Assembly: GCF_035084215.1 (NCBI RefSeq)
Contig: NC_090359.1
Span: forward strand, 13,826,001 to 13,890,000
Direction of reading: 5' to 3'
From: Heptranchias perlo
Taxonomy: Eukaryota
Length of the DNA: 64,000 bases
The translations under genes were made by a program, and so were the position numbers. The notes beneath the pieces are model-generated. The model searched no databases and was not told the DNA's origin. It saw only the letters and a list, made by a program, of their open reading frames with translations. This document shows positions 1 to 13,360 of the stretch, one piece after another (position 1 is the stretch's first letter; each line of letters starts with the position of its first letter).

Positions 1-625
1 ATGTGCCTGCTGCCCTTGTCCTTCTAGGTGGTAGAGGTCGCGGGTTTGGGAGGTGCTGTCGAAGAAGCCTTGGCGAGTTGCTGCAGTGCATTCTGTGGAT
101 GCTACACACTGCAGCCAAGGTGCGCCGGTGGTGAAGGGAGTGAATGTTTTGGGTGGTGGATGGGGTGCCAATAAAGCTGGGTGCTTTGTCCTGGATGGTG
201 TCGAGCTTCTTGAGTGTTGTTGGAGCTGCACTTATCCAGGCAAGTGGAGAGTATTCCATCACACCCCTGACCTGTGCCTTGTAGATGGTGGAAAGGTTTT
301 GGGGAGTCAGGAAATGAGTCACTCGCCTCAGAATACCCAGCCTCTGACCTGCTGTTGTAACCACATTATTTATGTGGCTGGTCCAGTTAAGTTTCTGGTC
401 AATGGTGACCCCCAGGATGTTGATGGTGGGGGATTCGGCGATGGTAATGCCGTTGAATGTCAAGAGGAGTTGGTTAGACTCTTTCTTGTTGGAGATGGTC
501 ATTGCCTGGCACTTGTCTGGCGCGAATGTTACTTGCCACTTATCAGCCCAATCCTAGATGTTGTCCAGGTCTTGTTGCATGCGGGCACGGACTGCTTCAT
601 TATCTGAAGGGTTGCGAATGGAACT
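1..625 (-). mobile_element. Decayed CR1-clade LINE fragment (RT C-terminal region)
   Basis: The minus strand reads 'MQQDLDNI*DWADKWQVTFAPDKCQAMTIS', typical of the post-YADD region of CR1-clade RT. It contains stops; boundaries are approximate. Confidence 0.75.
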
Positions 626-629
626 GTAA

Positions 630-1960
630 CCCATGTTCTTCCAAGTGACAGTTAACTTTGTCTCGGGTTATTGTCTCTAAACGTCTCACCACCACGGACT
701 TTAGGCTGACTGGTCTGTAGCTAGCGGGTTTACCTCTCTCCCCTTTTTTGAAAAGGGGTGTAACATTTACAACCCTCCAGTCTTTCTGGTACCATTCCCA
801 TATCCAAGAAGGATTGACAGATTGTGGCCAGAGCCTCTGCTATTTCCACCCTTACTTCCTTCAGCAACCTAGGATGCATTCCATCCGGACCGGGTGACTT
901 TTCTACCTTGGGCGCTGCCAAACTTTTAAGTACCTCCTCTTTATCTATTTTTATCCGATCTAATTCTTCTAGCCCTCCTCCTTCACTGTAACATTGGCAC
1001 CATCCTCTTCTTTGGTGAATCCAGATGCAAAGTATTTATTTAGAACATCAGTCATTCCCTCTGACTCCACACGACAATTTAATTTTTGGTCCTTAATCAA
1101 CCCGACCTTTCCTTTGACTATACATTTGCTCTTTATGTGTTTGTTTCCCACTAATCTTTCCTCAAATATTATCTTTGCCCCTCTTATTTCCTTTTCCAGT
1201 TCTCCTCTGCTCTCTTTGTATTCAGCTTCATTCTCTACTGTATTGTGAAACTGACATTTATCATAAGCCTCCTTTTTCTGTTTCCTTTTAACTTCTATTT
1301 CTTTAGTCACCCAGGGAGCTCTGGTTTTGGATGCCCTTCCTTCCCCCCTCATTGAAATGCATCCATTCTGTACCCGAACTATCTCACCTTTGAAGATTTC
1401 CCATTGCTCATTTACTGTTTTATCTGCCAATCTTTGTTTCCAATCCACCTGGGCCAGATCCATTTTCAACTCACTGAAATTCACCCTCTTCCACTTGAGT
1501 ATTTTCACCATTCGTTTTTCCTTGTCCTTTTCCACAGCTACTCTAAACCTAATAATATTGTGATGACAATTTCCCAAATGCTCTCCCACTGAAACTTGCT
1601 CCACTTGCCCCACTTTATTCCCCAGAACTAGATCCAGCACTGCTTCCTTCCTCATTGCACTGGAAACATACAAGAAAGTTATCTTTTACACATTTCAGGA
1701 ATTCCTTCCCCTCTTTGCCCTTTACACTGTTTCTTCCCGAGTCTATGTTCGGATAATTGAATTCCCCCATTGTCACTACTCTATTGCGTTAACATCTATC
1801 TGAAATTTGCTCCATCTCCTTCCCACTATTTGGTGGTCCACAGTAAACACCCAGCAGTGTAACAACTCCTCTGTTTTTCCTTATCTCTCGCCAAATAGAT
1901 TCTGTCCTCGAAACCTCAAACACACCATCCCTTTCCAGGGCCGTAACAGTATCTTTGATC
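630..1960 (-). mobile_element. Decayed CR1 LINE ORF2 fragment (endonuclease end to RT start)
   Basis: ORFs 969-1673 ('AVLDLVLGN..VGEHLGN.HHNIIRF') and 730-921 ('KSPGPDGMHPRLLKE') carry characteristic CR1 ORF2 motifs and are frameshifted relative to each other. Confidence 0.85.
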
Positions 1961-3589
1961 AATTCTTATTTGCAAAATATGAATTTTAATGAAACAGTCG
2001 TGAAATAATCAGCAGCTGGTAAGGAAAAAAATAAAACCTTCTCAGTAACGATGTTGCAACTTCCCTTTGTTCTCCTGATGCTCAGGAAACCTCTGTTCTA
2101 GACCATGACCATGTCGTCAAATCAGGAAGTCACTGCAGACCACAACAGTTATGTGAACCACCGATAGCGGCAGGTTCCTGGTTCTGTACATAAGTAACGT
2201 TCAAAACATGATGTTGAACAGGATAAGGTTCACATCAGTCACCAAAGGCTAGTGCTACTGATCCTGGGAGTGCAGAAATGAAAAGGCCATGGAAGGTTAC
2301 AGGAGGACAACAGTATGCTTTGGCTCACTGAGAGCTAGCACTGCTCGAAATATAGTGCCAGGTTGAGTTACCATAGACACACACTAAAGAAAACAAATAC
2401 ATATGCGGATAGAAAAATCCACGATGTGCCTAAAATATCTCCCCCCTACTCCCGCAAAAAAACCCTCCTTTACCCTCACTTCAATCAGATCTGAACACTG
2501 TTTTATTGACATCGGTGATGTTTCTGGTCGCTGGCCCGAGCGGTCATTCTTCCTGTAGGAGCCGGTCAGTGAGCGTTGTCTGAATATTTAAGCCTGAGGG
2601 AATCCCGTCCAATGCAGCTCCCATTAGGGCCTCTCACCCACTGTTTCCTGCCAGAGTAACTGGATGGCAAACCCGCAGCTCCAATCCTCGCTCACCCTCC
2701 TCCCTAAAACGAGAGCCCTCCGATCCTTAATATTTCGCTGTCAGGACCGTGTCCCGGATCAGCAAACTCTGAGGAGAACAGGCTTCCTACCTGGAACCTC
2801 CGTGGCCCTTTGTGACTTCGGTGCCGCTCCGAAACTCTCAAGAATCTCAGAGATAAACTGGCACGAGTTCAAAAGGTGAGAATAAAATGGGACATTCCTG
2901 TCCGCAGAGCACCGCAGTGAAACTAAAATAACAGCCTGGTCACATTAAAGCTATTGACTGAACAGGTGGGTCAGGTACCTGCATTGCTGGGAGAAGGTGC
3001 TGGAAGTTGTTGCTTCAGAGAAGATTGAGAGAACCTCAGATCTGCATCAATTCCATGAGCTTCCATTCCACCGATCAGCCTGCAGCATCTGTGAAGCTGT
3101 ATTGTTGAGGGGCGGTGTGATAGTGAACAGTGTCAGACAGGATGGGACGTTAGTCAGAGGCGGGGTTCACTATTTCTCCTTTTCTCTCCTTTGCTGAAGA
3201 TGTGACGGGTTTTTGGAGGTTTTACAAGTGTCTCGAACATCTGTTGCAGCAGAGACCAGTTTTGTTTCATTGAATTATAACAGAACACGGTTATAATTAT
3301 TAGATTTTACTTCATTATAAACATCATGGGGGGAGGATTTTACTTGAGCGGTGGCTCAAAACCAGCGGTCTGGTTTTTATCGCCCGTTCCAGGCCCCGCC
3401 CGATATACAGTTCTATTGGCCTCGATATTAAACCCCCCGCCCACCCTCCCACGACCGGCGGAAGAGGGTCTGGGGATTGGGGGGGGGGGTTTAAAAATCA
3501 AGTAATGGGGAACGTGTCCCCACCCCGCTGCGTAAACACCAGTTGTCGGTTTCACGGTGGTGGGTTTCATGGCGTCCAAGCAGCCCAAC

Positions 3590-6250
3590 ATGGACTCCTC
3601 ATTAACATATAAATAGAGGCATAGAGCACAAAAGCAAGAAAGTTAAGTTGAACCTTTATGAAACACTGGTTCGGCCACAACTGGAGTATTGGGCTCGATA
3701 TTAGGAGGGCGGCGGGTTCTCAGCGGGGGGTCGACTGAGCGCGTGGGTAACGCACCCGGTGAAATCAGTGTGCTCTGCACGGAATCGCAGGCTAATTGGA
3801 GCCACTTACCTGTGCTCACAGGTTTCCCACTGCAAAGCTGCGCGTCGGGCGGACTGCGCATGCGCAGCAAGGTCTGTCAGCTGGAGGAGCTCTATTTAAA
3901 GGGGCAATCCTCCACTGACTGATGCTGCAGAAAATAGAAAAAATTACAGAATGGAGCAGCCCAGGGGGAAGGCAGCTCCCAGTTTAATGATGCTTCACAC
4001 CAGGTATCAATGGATGGGGTGGGGAGGAGGGGGAGGACAGAGATCTTCCCCACGGCGGGCGGGAGGAAGCAGCCTGCTTCTGCCACCAGGAAGGCCTGGC
4101 TCGAGGTGGCAGAGGAGGTCACCAGCACCACCAACATATCGCCCACCTGCATACAGTGCAGGAGGCGCTCCAATGACCTCAGTAGGCCGGCCGAAGTGAG
4201 TACACTTACTCATTCCCCTCCCCTCTGTCTGCCACATCACCGCCCCCACCCCACATCTCCTTCTGCACAGCCAACACTACTCTGTCACATCACCCCTCAC
4301 ACCCACTCAAACCTCATCCTCATCTTACCTGCACTTACTCACCTCCCAGTACTCATCCCGCCACTACCACTCAACCCAATCCTCATATAATATCATGGCT
4401 CTATCTCATACTCACCCTCTCGTGCATCTCTTTCACGGTCAGCTTCACTCAACCTGCCACTACCTGTGCTGCAGCCACAGGGCATGCATCACATATGTGC
4501 AGTAGGAAGCGTAAGGCAAACGTGTCGTGAGCATGAAGGGGAAGCACAAGGGTGTTTGAGGGTTTGTCATGGTGTTTACCGATATTTAATTTCTGATCAA
4601 CTCACATAACATATTATATTATATTGTCACCATTACTGCCACGTCTTTGCGAATCTTGTCTGGTTTGTGCAATAATGCCCTTTCCTGAGGATCACTAAGA
4701 CCCGCAACTGATGCCACCCATTGTGTCACTGCAGATTGGGTGTAGGTGTATTTGCAGGGCTCTTTTGTGCAGATGACTGAGAGATGTCGGCGATGTCCCC
4801 GGTGGCACCCTGGAAAGATGCGGAGGAGAAGTTGTTGAGGGCAGTGGTGACTTTGACAGCGACAGGTAAGAAGATGGTGCTCGGGCCAGCCGGGAGCAGC
4901 TCGGCATGAAGGAGGCTGCAGATGTCGAGTGACTCTGAGCCTCCGTGTGCACTGCTGCTCAGAGAGGTCCAGGAAGCTGAGCCTCGGTCTGTGGACCCCG
5001 TGGCGAGGGTAGTGCTCTCTGCGACGCATCTCTCTCTGCGGTTGCCCTCCCTCCTGCTGTGCAAGTGGATGTGTCACAGCACTGTGTTGTGGAGCTCCAC
5101 GTGTCAGAGGTGGATGGCGTGGCTGGTGATGCTGTTCGCCCTCCGAGGAGGTCATGACTGCAGCTACGGCGGCCCCACAGCTGGAAGATGTACATTTGAG
5201 GGGGTCCGCAAGGTCGGTAAATGTGTCTGGACACCGGGGTAAGTGAGCAAGTTGGTGAATTTTATTGTTAGGAGGGTGGTGGAGGCCAAACTTTGTCCAA
5301 AGTGACAGAGTGGCCTCCTACAATGAGTGAGGGTCTCCCCCCTCACCTGTCAAATGGACCTTTGCAGCTGCCACAGGCTGATGGCTGCAACACGTCCATT
5401 TGAACTGGGAGTGTTTCCCCCAGTACGGGAAACAGTCTCAGTTAATTTCAAAATCCCATCCCTCCTAAAATATCAGGTCAATCAGGTCTGTAAATGACCT
5501 GAAGTACCTGTTTAAGTACTTTAAATGGCACCCCGCCGGCTTTAATTGCCGGCGGGAGTCCCACATGCGGGGGCTGCGTGGGCATGTCAGCGCGTCACTG
5601 GGGAACCCGGAAGTGGGTTGGAGCCGGGCTCCAGACCCGCCCCAGGAATCCCCGATTTCCGCAGCACCCCCCCCCCCCCGCCACAAATGCACCCGATCAC
5701 GGGTGCGAAAATCGAGCCCATTTTGTCCACTGAACTTTAGGAAGGCTGTAAAGGCCTTAGAGAGGGTGCAGAGAAGATTTACTTGAATGGTTCCAGGGAT
5801 GAGGGGCTTTAGTTACATCAATAGACTGGAAAAGCTGGGTTTGCTCTCCTTGGAACAAAGAAGGTGGAGAGGAGATTTGATAGAAGTGTTCAAAATCATG
5901 AAGGGTTTCGACAAAGTAAATAAAGAGAAACAATTCCCAATGGCGGAAGGGTCCAGAAGAGAGGACACAGATTTAAGGTGATTGGCAAAAGAACCAAAGG
6001 CGACATGAGGAAAAACTTTCTTAAGCAGCTATGACCTGGAATGCGCTGCCTGGAAGGGTGTTGGAAGCCCTTTCAATCGTGGCTTTCAAAAAAGGAATTC
6101 GATAAATACTTGAAGGGAAAAATTTGCAGGGCTGCGGGGAAAGAGCAGGAGAATGGGACGAACTGGATTGCTCTTACAAAGAGTCAGCACGGGCTCGATG
6201 GGCCAAATAGCCTCCTTCTGTGCTGTAACCAATGTATGATTCTGTGATTC
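3590..6250 (+). mobile_element. CR1 LINE 3' fragment, split by the Harbinger element at 3691-5719
   Basis: '...CGGCCACAACTGGAGTATT' on the left continues on the right as 'FRKAVKALERVQRRFT', then 'RLEKLGLLSLEQRR.RGDLIEVFKIMKGFD', then a CR1-type 3' tail. Confidence 0.8.
3691..5719. mobile_element. PIF/Harbinger-type DNA transposon, defective (Myb/SANT-like gene on +, HARBI1-like transposase remnant on -)
   Basis: TIRs GGGCTCGATATT / AAAATCGAGCCC are flanked by the 3-bp duplication ATT (3688-3690, 5720-5722). The Myb-like peptide 'KAWLEVAEEVTS...CIQCRRR.NDL' is at about 3951-4200. The HARBI1-like 'LPVAVKVTTALN.FSS.SFQGATGDIADISQ' is at about 4726-4900 on the minus strand. Confidence 0.85.
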
Positions 6251-6254
6251 AATG

Positions 6255-6675
6255 AGAAACAGCTGGGCATCGTCAGTTCTACATGGGGAATCTGACACTG
6301 TGTTTTCAGTTGATGTCACCGATGGGCAGCATGAAGATGAGAAACAGGAGGGGGCCAATGATAGATCCTTGGGGGACTCCAGAGGTAACGGTTCAAGAAC
6401 GGGAAGAGAAGCCATTGCAGGCGATTCCCTGGCTATGACTGGATAGATAGGTATGGAACCAGACGATGGCAGTCCCACCCAGCTGGACAACGGAAGAGAG
6501 GCATTGGAGGAGGATGGTGTGGCCAACTGTGTCATAGGCTGTAGACAGGTCGAGCAGGATGAGGAGGGATAGTTCACCACGGTCACAGTCACAGAGGATG
6601 TCATTTGTGACTTTGCTGAGGGCTGTTTCAGTGCTGTGGCAGGAGTGGAAACCTGATTGGAGGGATTCAAACATG
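6255..6675 (-). mobile_element. L2/CR1-group LINE RT fragment
   Basis: 'LQSGFHSCHSTETALSKVTNDIL...LILLDLSTAYDTVGHTILL' corresponds to RT subdomains 2-3. Confidence 0.8.
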
Positions 6676-8180
6676 GAACATAGTAACAGGAGTAGGCCAT
6701 TCAGCCCCTCAAGCCTTTCAATTCGATCATAGCTGATCTGTATCTTAACTCCATCAACCAGCCTTAGTTCCCTAACCTTTAATACCTTTGCCGAACAAAA
6801 ATCTATCAATCTCAACATCTTTTTGGTGGAGAGTGTTCCAGATTTCCACCGCCCTTGATGTGAAGAAGTCATTTCTGACATCAGCCCTGTACGGCCTACC
6901 TCTAATTTTAAGGTTATGCCCCCTTGTTCTGGACTCCCCGTCTGCCCCGCCCCCCACCAGAGGAAATACTTTCTCTCTATCTACCCTATCAACTCCTTTG
7001 ATCATCGTGAACACCTCAATTAGATCACCCCTTAATCTTCTGTACTCAAGGGAATACAGGCCTAATCTATATAACCTGTCCTCAATATTAACCCTTTTAG
7101 ACCCGGTATCATTCTGAATCTGTGCTGCACCCTCTCCAAGGTCAATACATCCTTCCTGAGGTGCGCTGCCCAGAGCTGAATGCAGTCCTCCAGATGGGGT
7201 CTAACCATGGCACTCGACAGCTATAACATAACTTCCAACCCTTTGCATTCCAGCCCTCTTGAGATAAAGGCAAACATTTAAATTATTTTTAATACCTGTC
7301 CACTAAATTTTATTGATTTTCGCACTTGGATCCCTATATCTCTCTGCCCATCCACAGATCCTAGCTTCTCACCATTTAGATAATACTCTGATCTATCTTT
7401 CTTAGGGTCAAAGTTGATGAGCCTGTACTTTCCCACGTTGAATTCCATCTGCCAATGTTTTTCCCACTCACTTAATCTATCAATGTCCTTTTGCAACTTT
7501 CTGTTCCCATCTGCACTATTTAGTGCGACCTAACTTAGTGCCGTCAGCAAACTTAGATATACGGCTCTGTATTCCTTCATCCAAGTCATTTATAAATACA
7601 ATGAAAAGCTGAGGCCCCAGTTCAGATCCCTGTGTGACATCACTAGTCACATCCTGACAATTTGAGCACATACCCATTATCTCTACTCTGTTTCCTACCT
7701 CCTGACCAATTCCCGATCCAAGCCAATGAGTTGCCACCAATCCCACGCGCTCTCACTTTAGTTAACTTTCTCTTATGTGGAACCTTGTCGAATGCCTTCT
7801 GGAAGTCCATTTAAATATCAATAGATACTCCTTTATCGACCACTTTTGTTACCTCTTCAAAAAACTCAACTCAGTTCATTAAACATGACTTACCCTTTAC
7901 AAATCCATGCTGGCTTTCTCCGATCAGCTCATATTTGTTCAAATGCTCAGTCACTCTGTCCCTAACAACAGATTCTAGTAACTTCCCCACTACTGACGTT
8001 GGACTAATAGGTCTGTAACTTCCTAGTTTATTTCCCCTACCCTTAAACAATGGAGTTATATTGGCAGTTTTCCAATCCAAGGGAACAATTCCTGAATCAA
8101 GAGAGTTTTGGAAGATCTTGAAGCATCAACAATTTCCTCACCTACACTGGGATGGAAACCATCGGGTCCTGGGGTTGTGG
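6676..8180 (-). mobile_element. Decayed CR1 LINE, RT to 3' end
   Basis: Motifs 'DWKTANITPLFK..YRPIS.TSVVGKLLES', 'QHGFVKGKSC', 'FINDLDEG..ISKFAD', 'WQMEFNV.K' and 'RTRGHNLKI' occur in order, broken by frameshifts. Confidence 0.9.
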
Positions 8181-8206
8181 GAGAGATGGGCACAGATAAC
8201 AGAAAA

Positions 8207-8722
8207 GATGGAGAGAGAGTCTGTGTGTATAATGGAATTGGTGGAGAGAGAGTCTGTGTGTATAATGGAATTGGTGGAGAGAGAGAGTCTGTGTGTATAA
8301 TGGAATTGGTGGAGAGAGAGAGTCTGTGTGTATAATGGAATTGGTGGAGAGTCTGTGTGTATAATGGAATTGGTGGAGAGAGAGTCTGTGTGTATAATGG
8401 AATTGGTGGAGAGAGAGTCTGTGTGTATAATGGAATTGGTGGAGAGAGAGTCTGTGTGTATAATGGAATTGGTGGAGAGAGAGTCTGTGTGTATAATGGA
8501 ATTGGTGGAGAGAGAGTCTGTGTGTATAATGGAATTGGTGGAGAGAGAGTCTGTGTGTATAATGGAATTGGTGGAGAGAGAGTCTGTGTGTATAATGGAA
8601 TTGGTGGAGAGAGAGTCTGTGTGTATAATGGAATTGGTGGAGAGAGAGAGTCTGTGTGTACAATGGAATTGGTGGAGAGAGTCTGTGTGTATAATGGAAT
8701 TGGTGGAGAGAGTCTGTGTGTG
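8207..8722. repeat. Minisatellite, about 33-bp unit (GTCTGTGTGTATAATGGAATTGGTGGAGAGAGA), roughly 15 copies
   Basis: The tandem array is directly visible. Units differ mainly in the number of GA dinucleotides. Confidence 0.97.
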
Positions 8723-8836
8723 AGAGAGAAAAGAGGAGGCAGAATCTGAGAGAAGGGGAGAGAGTGTATGAGTGAAAGAAGGGACAGAGAGCTTGTGTGT
8801 CAGAGCGAAGGGGACAACAAGTCAGGGTGTATGAAA

Positions 8837-9076
8837 GAGGTGATTTTAAACCCCAAGAACGGGTGGGTTGTGGGCGGGTGGGAGTTGAAAGTAGTTTTTT
8901 GGGTCATGACCGCAACTCGGCTTTATTTCTGGGTTGAGCGTCAGCGTGTAAAAGTACAGGCTTCCCATTGGGGATGCAAAGTCCGAAAATTTTGCGGTGG
9001 CGACCCAAAAACACAACTATTTTCAACTCCCACCAGTCCCCAACCGGCCGATTCTTGGGGTTTAAAATCAACCCCC
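8837..9076. mobile_element. MITE with long (about 75 bp) imperfect terminal inverted repeats
   Basis: The left end 'GGTGATTTTAAACCCCAAGAAC...GGTGGGAGTTGAAA..TTTTTGGGTC..ACCGCAA' is the reverse complement of the right end 'TTGCGGTGGCGACCCAAAAA...TTTCAACTCCCACC...TTCTTGGGGTTTAAAATCAACC'. Confidence 0.8.
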
Positions 9077-9297
9077 TAGGTGTCTGTGCAAGAGATGGGA
9101 GAGAGAATCTGTGTATAAAGGAGGAGACCGAGGACCTGAGTACAACAGTGTGAGATAGTGAGTCTCAGAGAGTCTGTGTATGAGGGAGTGAGTCTCAGAG
9201 AGTCTGTGTATGAGGGAGTGAGTCTTTGAGACAGACTCTCAGAGAGTCTGGATGTGGATGAGGGACAGTCTGAGAGGTAGGGTGGGAGGGAGATATG

Positions 9298-11014
9298 GGG
9301 CCCGCTATTAGGAGGGAGGAGGGTTGGCAGTGGGGGGTCGACTGGGCGCGTGGGTAACCCGCCCAGTGAAATATGTGGGTTTGGCACGCGATCGTAAGTA
9401 AATTGAAGCCAATTACCTTGGCTTCTGGGTTTCATGCTGGAAAGCTGCACAGTGGGCGGACTGCGGACCCGCATCATACGCTGTCAGCTGGAGGAGCCCT
9501 ATTTAAAAGGGGCAATCCTCCACTGACTGATGCCGCAGAAAATAGGCCCAGGGGGAAGGCTGCTCCCAGGTTTAACGATGCCTCACTCCAGATCTTACTG
9601 GATGGGGTGAGGAGGAGGAGGGAGATCTTCCACCCGGCGGACGGGAGGAAGTGGCCTGCCTCTGCCACCACGAAGGCCTAGCTCAAGGTAGCAGAGGAGG
9701 TGACCAGCACCACCAACATATCGCCCACCCGCATACAGTGCAGGAGGCGCTTCAATGACCTAACCAGGTCAGCCGAAGTGAGTACTCTTACTCATTCCCC
9801 TACACTCCGTCTGCCAATCACCGCCCCCACCCCACATCTCATTCTGCACTGCCAACACTTCTCAATCACAATACTCCTCACACCCACTGAACCCTCATCC
9901 TCATCTTACATGCACTTCCTCACTTCCCCAGTATTTATCTCACCACTACCACTCAACCCAATCCGTAAACAATCTCATGGCTCTGTCTCATACTCACCCT
10001 CTCATGCATCTCTTTCACGGTCAGTCTTGCCCCACCTGCCACTACCTGTGCTGCAGCTACAGGGCATGTATCATGTATGTGTAGTTGGAAGCATAAGGCA
10101 AACGTGTCGTGAGCATGAAAGGGATGCACAAGGATGTTTGAGGGTTTGTCATGGTTTTTACTTATATTTGATTTCTGATTAACTCACATTACATATTATA
10201 TTGTCATCACTACTGCTACATCTTGGCCATTCCTGACTGGCTTGTCCAACCAGGCCCTTTCGTCAGGTTCTCCATAAACACCCTGGATGCCACCCATTGG
10301 GTCACCCTACAGTGGGTGTCTGTGTAGTTGCATGACTACTTTGTGCAGGTGCCTGTTGCGCAGCACTGTGTTGTGTAGCTCCATGTGGCAGAGGTGGACG
10401 GCGTGCCTGGCGAGGCTAGTGATGTTGCTCGTCCTCCAATGGAGTGATGAATGCAGCGATGGAACCCCCCACCACCATCCTGACGCTGTGAGTGTGAGGG
10501 GGTCCGCAAAGTAGGCAAATGTGTTTGGACAGCAGAGTTTAGGGTATGATGTAATAATTATGAGTGTGGATACAACGGTGTGGCAGACAAAACTTTGTCT
10601 GAGGTGGCAGAGTGCCCTGCTGCAATGAATGAGGTATTCCCCCCAACTCTCAAGGAATCCTCTGCATCTTTCAATGGCTGCTGACTGAAACACATCTGCA
10701 ACAACAGGGAGTATTTCCCACAGCATGGGAAACACGCTGAGGATAGTCCAAAATCACATCCCTGCTAAAATCTCTTCCCAATGAGGTGTGTCAACGACCT
10801 CAAGTACCTCCCTAACTATCTAAACTGTCATCCCGCCGGCTTTAATTGGCGGTGGGAGGCCCGCACGCGGGGGCTGCGCACGCACCGATTCGCGTCATTG
10901 GGGAAACTAGAAGGGGGCAGGTTGGAGCCGGGCTCCGGACCTGCTCCGGGATTCCCCAATTTTAGGAACCCCCCGCCACGAACGCACCCGATCGGTCATC
11001 CTAAAATTGACCCC
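9298..11014. mobile_element. Second PIF/Harbinger-type element of the same family as 3691-5719, internally deleted
   Basis: Colinear homology to 3691-5719. Degenerate TIRs GGGCCCGCTATT / AAAATTGACCCC with 3-bp duplication ATG. Myb-like 'KAAPRFNDASLQILLDGV...QCRRRFNDL' contains an internal stop; most of the transposase remnant is deleted. Confidence 0.82.
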
Positions 11015-11204
11015 ATGGTGTGTGTATATAAGAGTGAGAAAGGAAAAGAGAGGATACGGGAGACAAGGGAGAGAAAGTCTGTGTGTATGAAAGAGAGGAA
11101 AGGGGAAGAGAGTCTGTTTGTGTATGAGAACTGAGGGATAGAAATATGAGAAGTTGGAGAGGAGAAATGAGAGAGAGGGAGAGAGAGGGGATGGGTAAAG
11201 GACA

Positions 11205-13180
11205 GAAAATTGAGAGTCGTGGTTAACAGATGTTTCTTGCACTGGAAGGGTTCAAACCGTGGTGATCCCCGGGGTCAGTGTTGGCACCATTGCTTTTCTC
11301 AATATCTGTGGATAGAAATGATCTGGACCTGGGTGTAGGGGGCACAATGTCAAAATTTGCAGCTGCCACAAAGATAAGGAGGGAGATTAACCATGAAGAT
11401 GATTGTCAACAAATTCAGGAGGAGGCAGACAGGTGAGAAGATTGGGCAGGTAGATGTGAGATAGAATTTAATGGGAAGAGATGTGAGGTGAGGAGAATAA
11501 GGAGAGGAAATAGACACTATACTGTAAAACTGTAAAAGGAGTAGAGGAGCAGAGAGATTTAGTGATTCAGATACACAAATCTTTAAAAGTGGGAGGACAA
11601 GTTGATAAAGCTGTTTTACAAAAAAAAACCATGGGATCAGAGGATTTATAAATAGGGGCATAGAGTATAAAAGGAAAGAGTTAATGCTACACCTGGACAA
11701 ATCATTGGTTAGGTCACAGTCAGAATACTGTGTCCAGTTTTTGGTGCATTACTTTAGTAAGAATGTCGCGGCCATGGAGAGGGGCAGAAGAGATTCACTA
11801 AGATGATCCCAAGGATGAGAGTCTTCACATAACTTTTCATGAGAGCAGAGAAGTTTAAATAAGATCAGAGAGTGGGGATCAAAATTATGAGGGGATTTTG
11901 ATAAAGTAAATGAGGGATATCTATTTCCACCAGTTTGTGAGTCGGTAACTGGAGGGCATCAAATTAAGACCAAAAGAATGAAGTGAGAGGTTGGTTTTCT
12001 TTTTGATGCAGAGGGTTGTTCGGACAATGGAATGTCCGACCAGAAACACCGAGGGAAGCAGAATTTAAAAAGGAAGTGAATAAATATCTGAAAAAGAAAA
12101 CCTTGAAAGGCCTTCGATAAGGTATCGCATGTGGACTCATGACCAAGGTCAGAGCTTGTGGAGTCAGGGGACAGGCAGCAGAATGGATAGCAAGCTGGCT
12201 ACAAAACAGAAAACAGAGAGTAGGGATGAAAGGTAGTTACTCACACTGGTAAAAGGTGTGAAGTGGTGTTCCACAAGGATCGGTGCTGGGAACACTGTTG
12301 TTCACCATTTGCATAAATGATTTGGACTCAGGAATCGGGAGTACAATTTCAAAATTTGCTGACGACACCCAATTGGGAGGTACAGTTAATACTGAAGAGG
12401 ACTGCGACAAAATACAGGAAACCATTAATAAATTTGCAAAATGGACGTGTAATTGGCAAATGAATTTCAATGTAGATAAGTGTGAGGTGGTACATTTTGG
12501 TCGGAAGAATAAGGAGGCCGCATACTGCTTGGATAATAAGAGTCTAAATGGGGTAGAGGAGCAAAGGAATTTCGGGGTACAGGGACACAAATAATTAAAA
12601 GTAGCAAAGCAGGTTAATAAGGCATTAAAAAAGCAAACAAGGCACTTGGGTTCATATAAAAATGATACAGAGGCACCGGAGAAGGTGCAAAAAAGATTTA
12701 CTAGGATGATACCAGAACCGAGAGGTTAAACCTATCAGGAAAAAGTGAACAGACTGGGGCTCTTTTCTCTACAAAGGAGAAGGCTGGGGGAGGGGGGGGA
12801 CTTGATAGAGGTTTTTAAGATTATGAAAGGGTTTGATCGGGTAGAGGTGGAGAAGAAGTTTCCACTTGTGGGGGAGACCAGAACTTGGGGCCATGAAAAT
12901 AAAATAGTCACTAATAAATCCAGTAAGGAATTCAAAAGGAAATTATTTACCCAGAGAGTGGTTAGAATGTGGAACTTGCTAACACATGGAGTAATTGAGG
13001 CAAATAGCATAGATGCTTTTAAGGGGAAGCTGGATAAGTACATGAGGGAGAAAGGAACAGAAGGATATACAGATAGGGATAGATGAAGAGAGGTGTGAGG
13101 AGGCTCGTGTGAAGCATAAACACCAGCACAGACCAGTTGAGCCGAATGGCCTGTTTCTGTGCTGTAAATTCTATGTAATT
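11205..13180 (+). mobile_element. Two successive decayed CR1 LINE 3' fragments (about 11205-12110 and 12115-13180)
   Basis: Motifs 'INDLDSGIGSTISKFADDTQLGG', 'WQMNFNVDKCEVVHFG', 'RLGLFSL.RRRL..DLIEVFKIMKG' and 'FTQRVVRMWN' are present. Confidence 0.85.
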
Positions 13181-13261
13181 CCAAAGAGTCCATAAATACG
13201 GAGAATAAAAGTGGGCCCAGCACTGACCCCTGGGGTAACCACTTCCAACCCTTCTCCAATC

Positions 13262-13360
13262 ACTTCCACACCGCCTGAGGAAGGGGAAAGCCCCCGAAAT
13301 CTTGTGGAATTAAAAATAAAATCGTTGGACTATAACTTGGTGTTGTAAAATTGTTTACAA
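13262..13360 (+). mobile_element. Short Penelope-like/retrozyme-like insertion carrying a minimal hammerhead-ribozyme-like core
   Basis: A 99-bp insert lies between 10-bp direct repeats TTCTCCAATC (13252-13261, 13361-13370). It contains CTGAGGA-A-GGGG-AAAG-CCCC-C-GAAA closed by TTCCACA/TGTGGAA, then AATAAA. Confidence 0.6.

Noticed and set aside
8142-8749. Repetitive ORFs (ESVCIMELVER)n / (HQFHYTHRLSL)n and a CRISPR-like appearance
   Set aside because: This is a head-to-tail minisatellite with no unique spacers; the ORFs arise because the unit is 33 bp and lacks stops.
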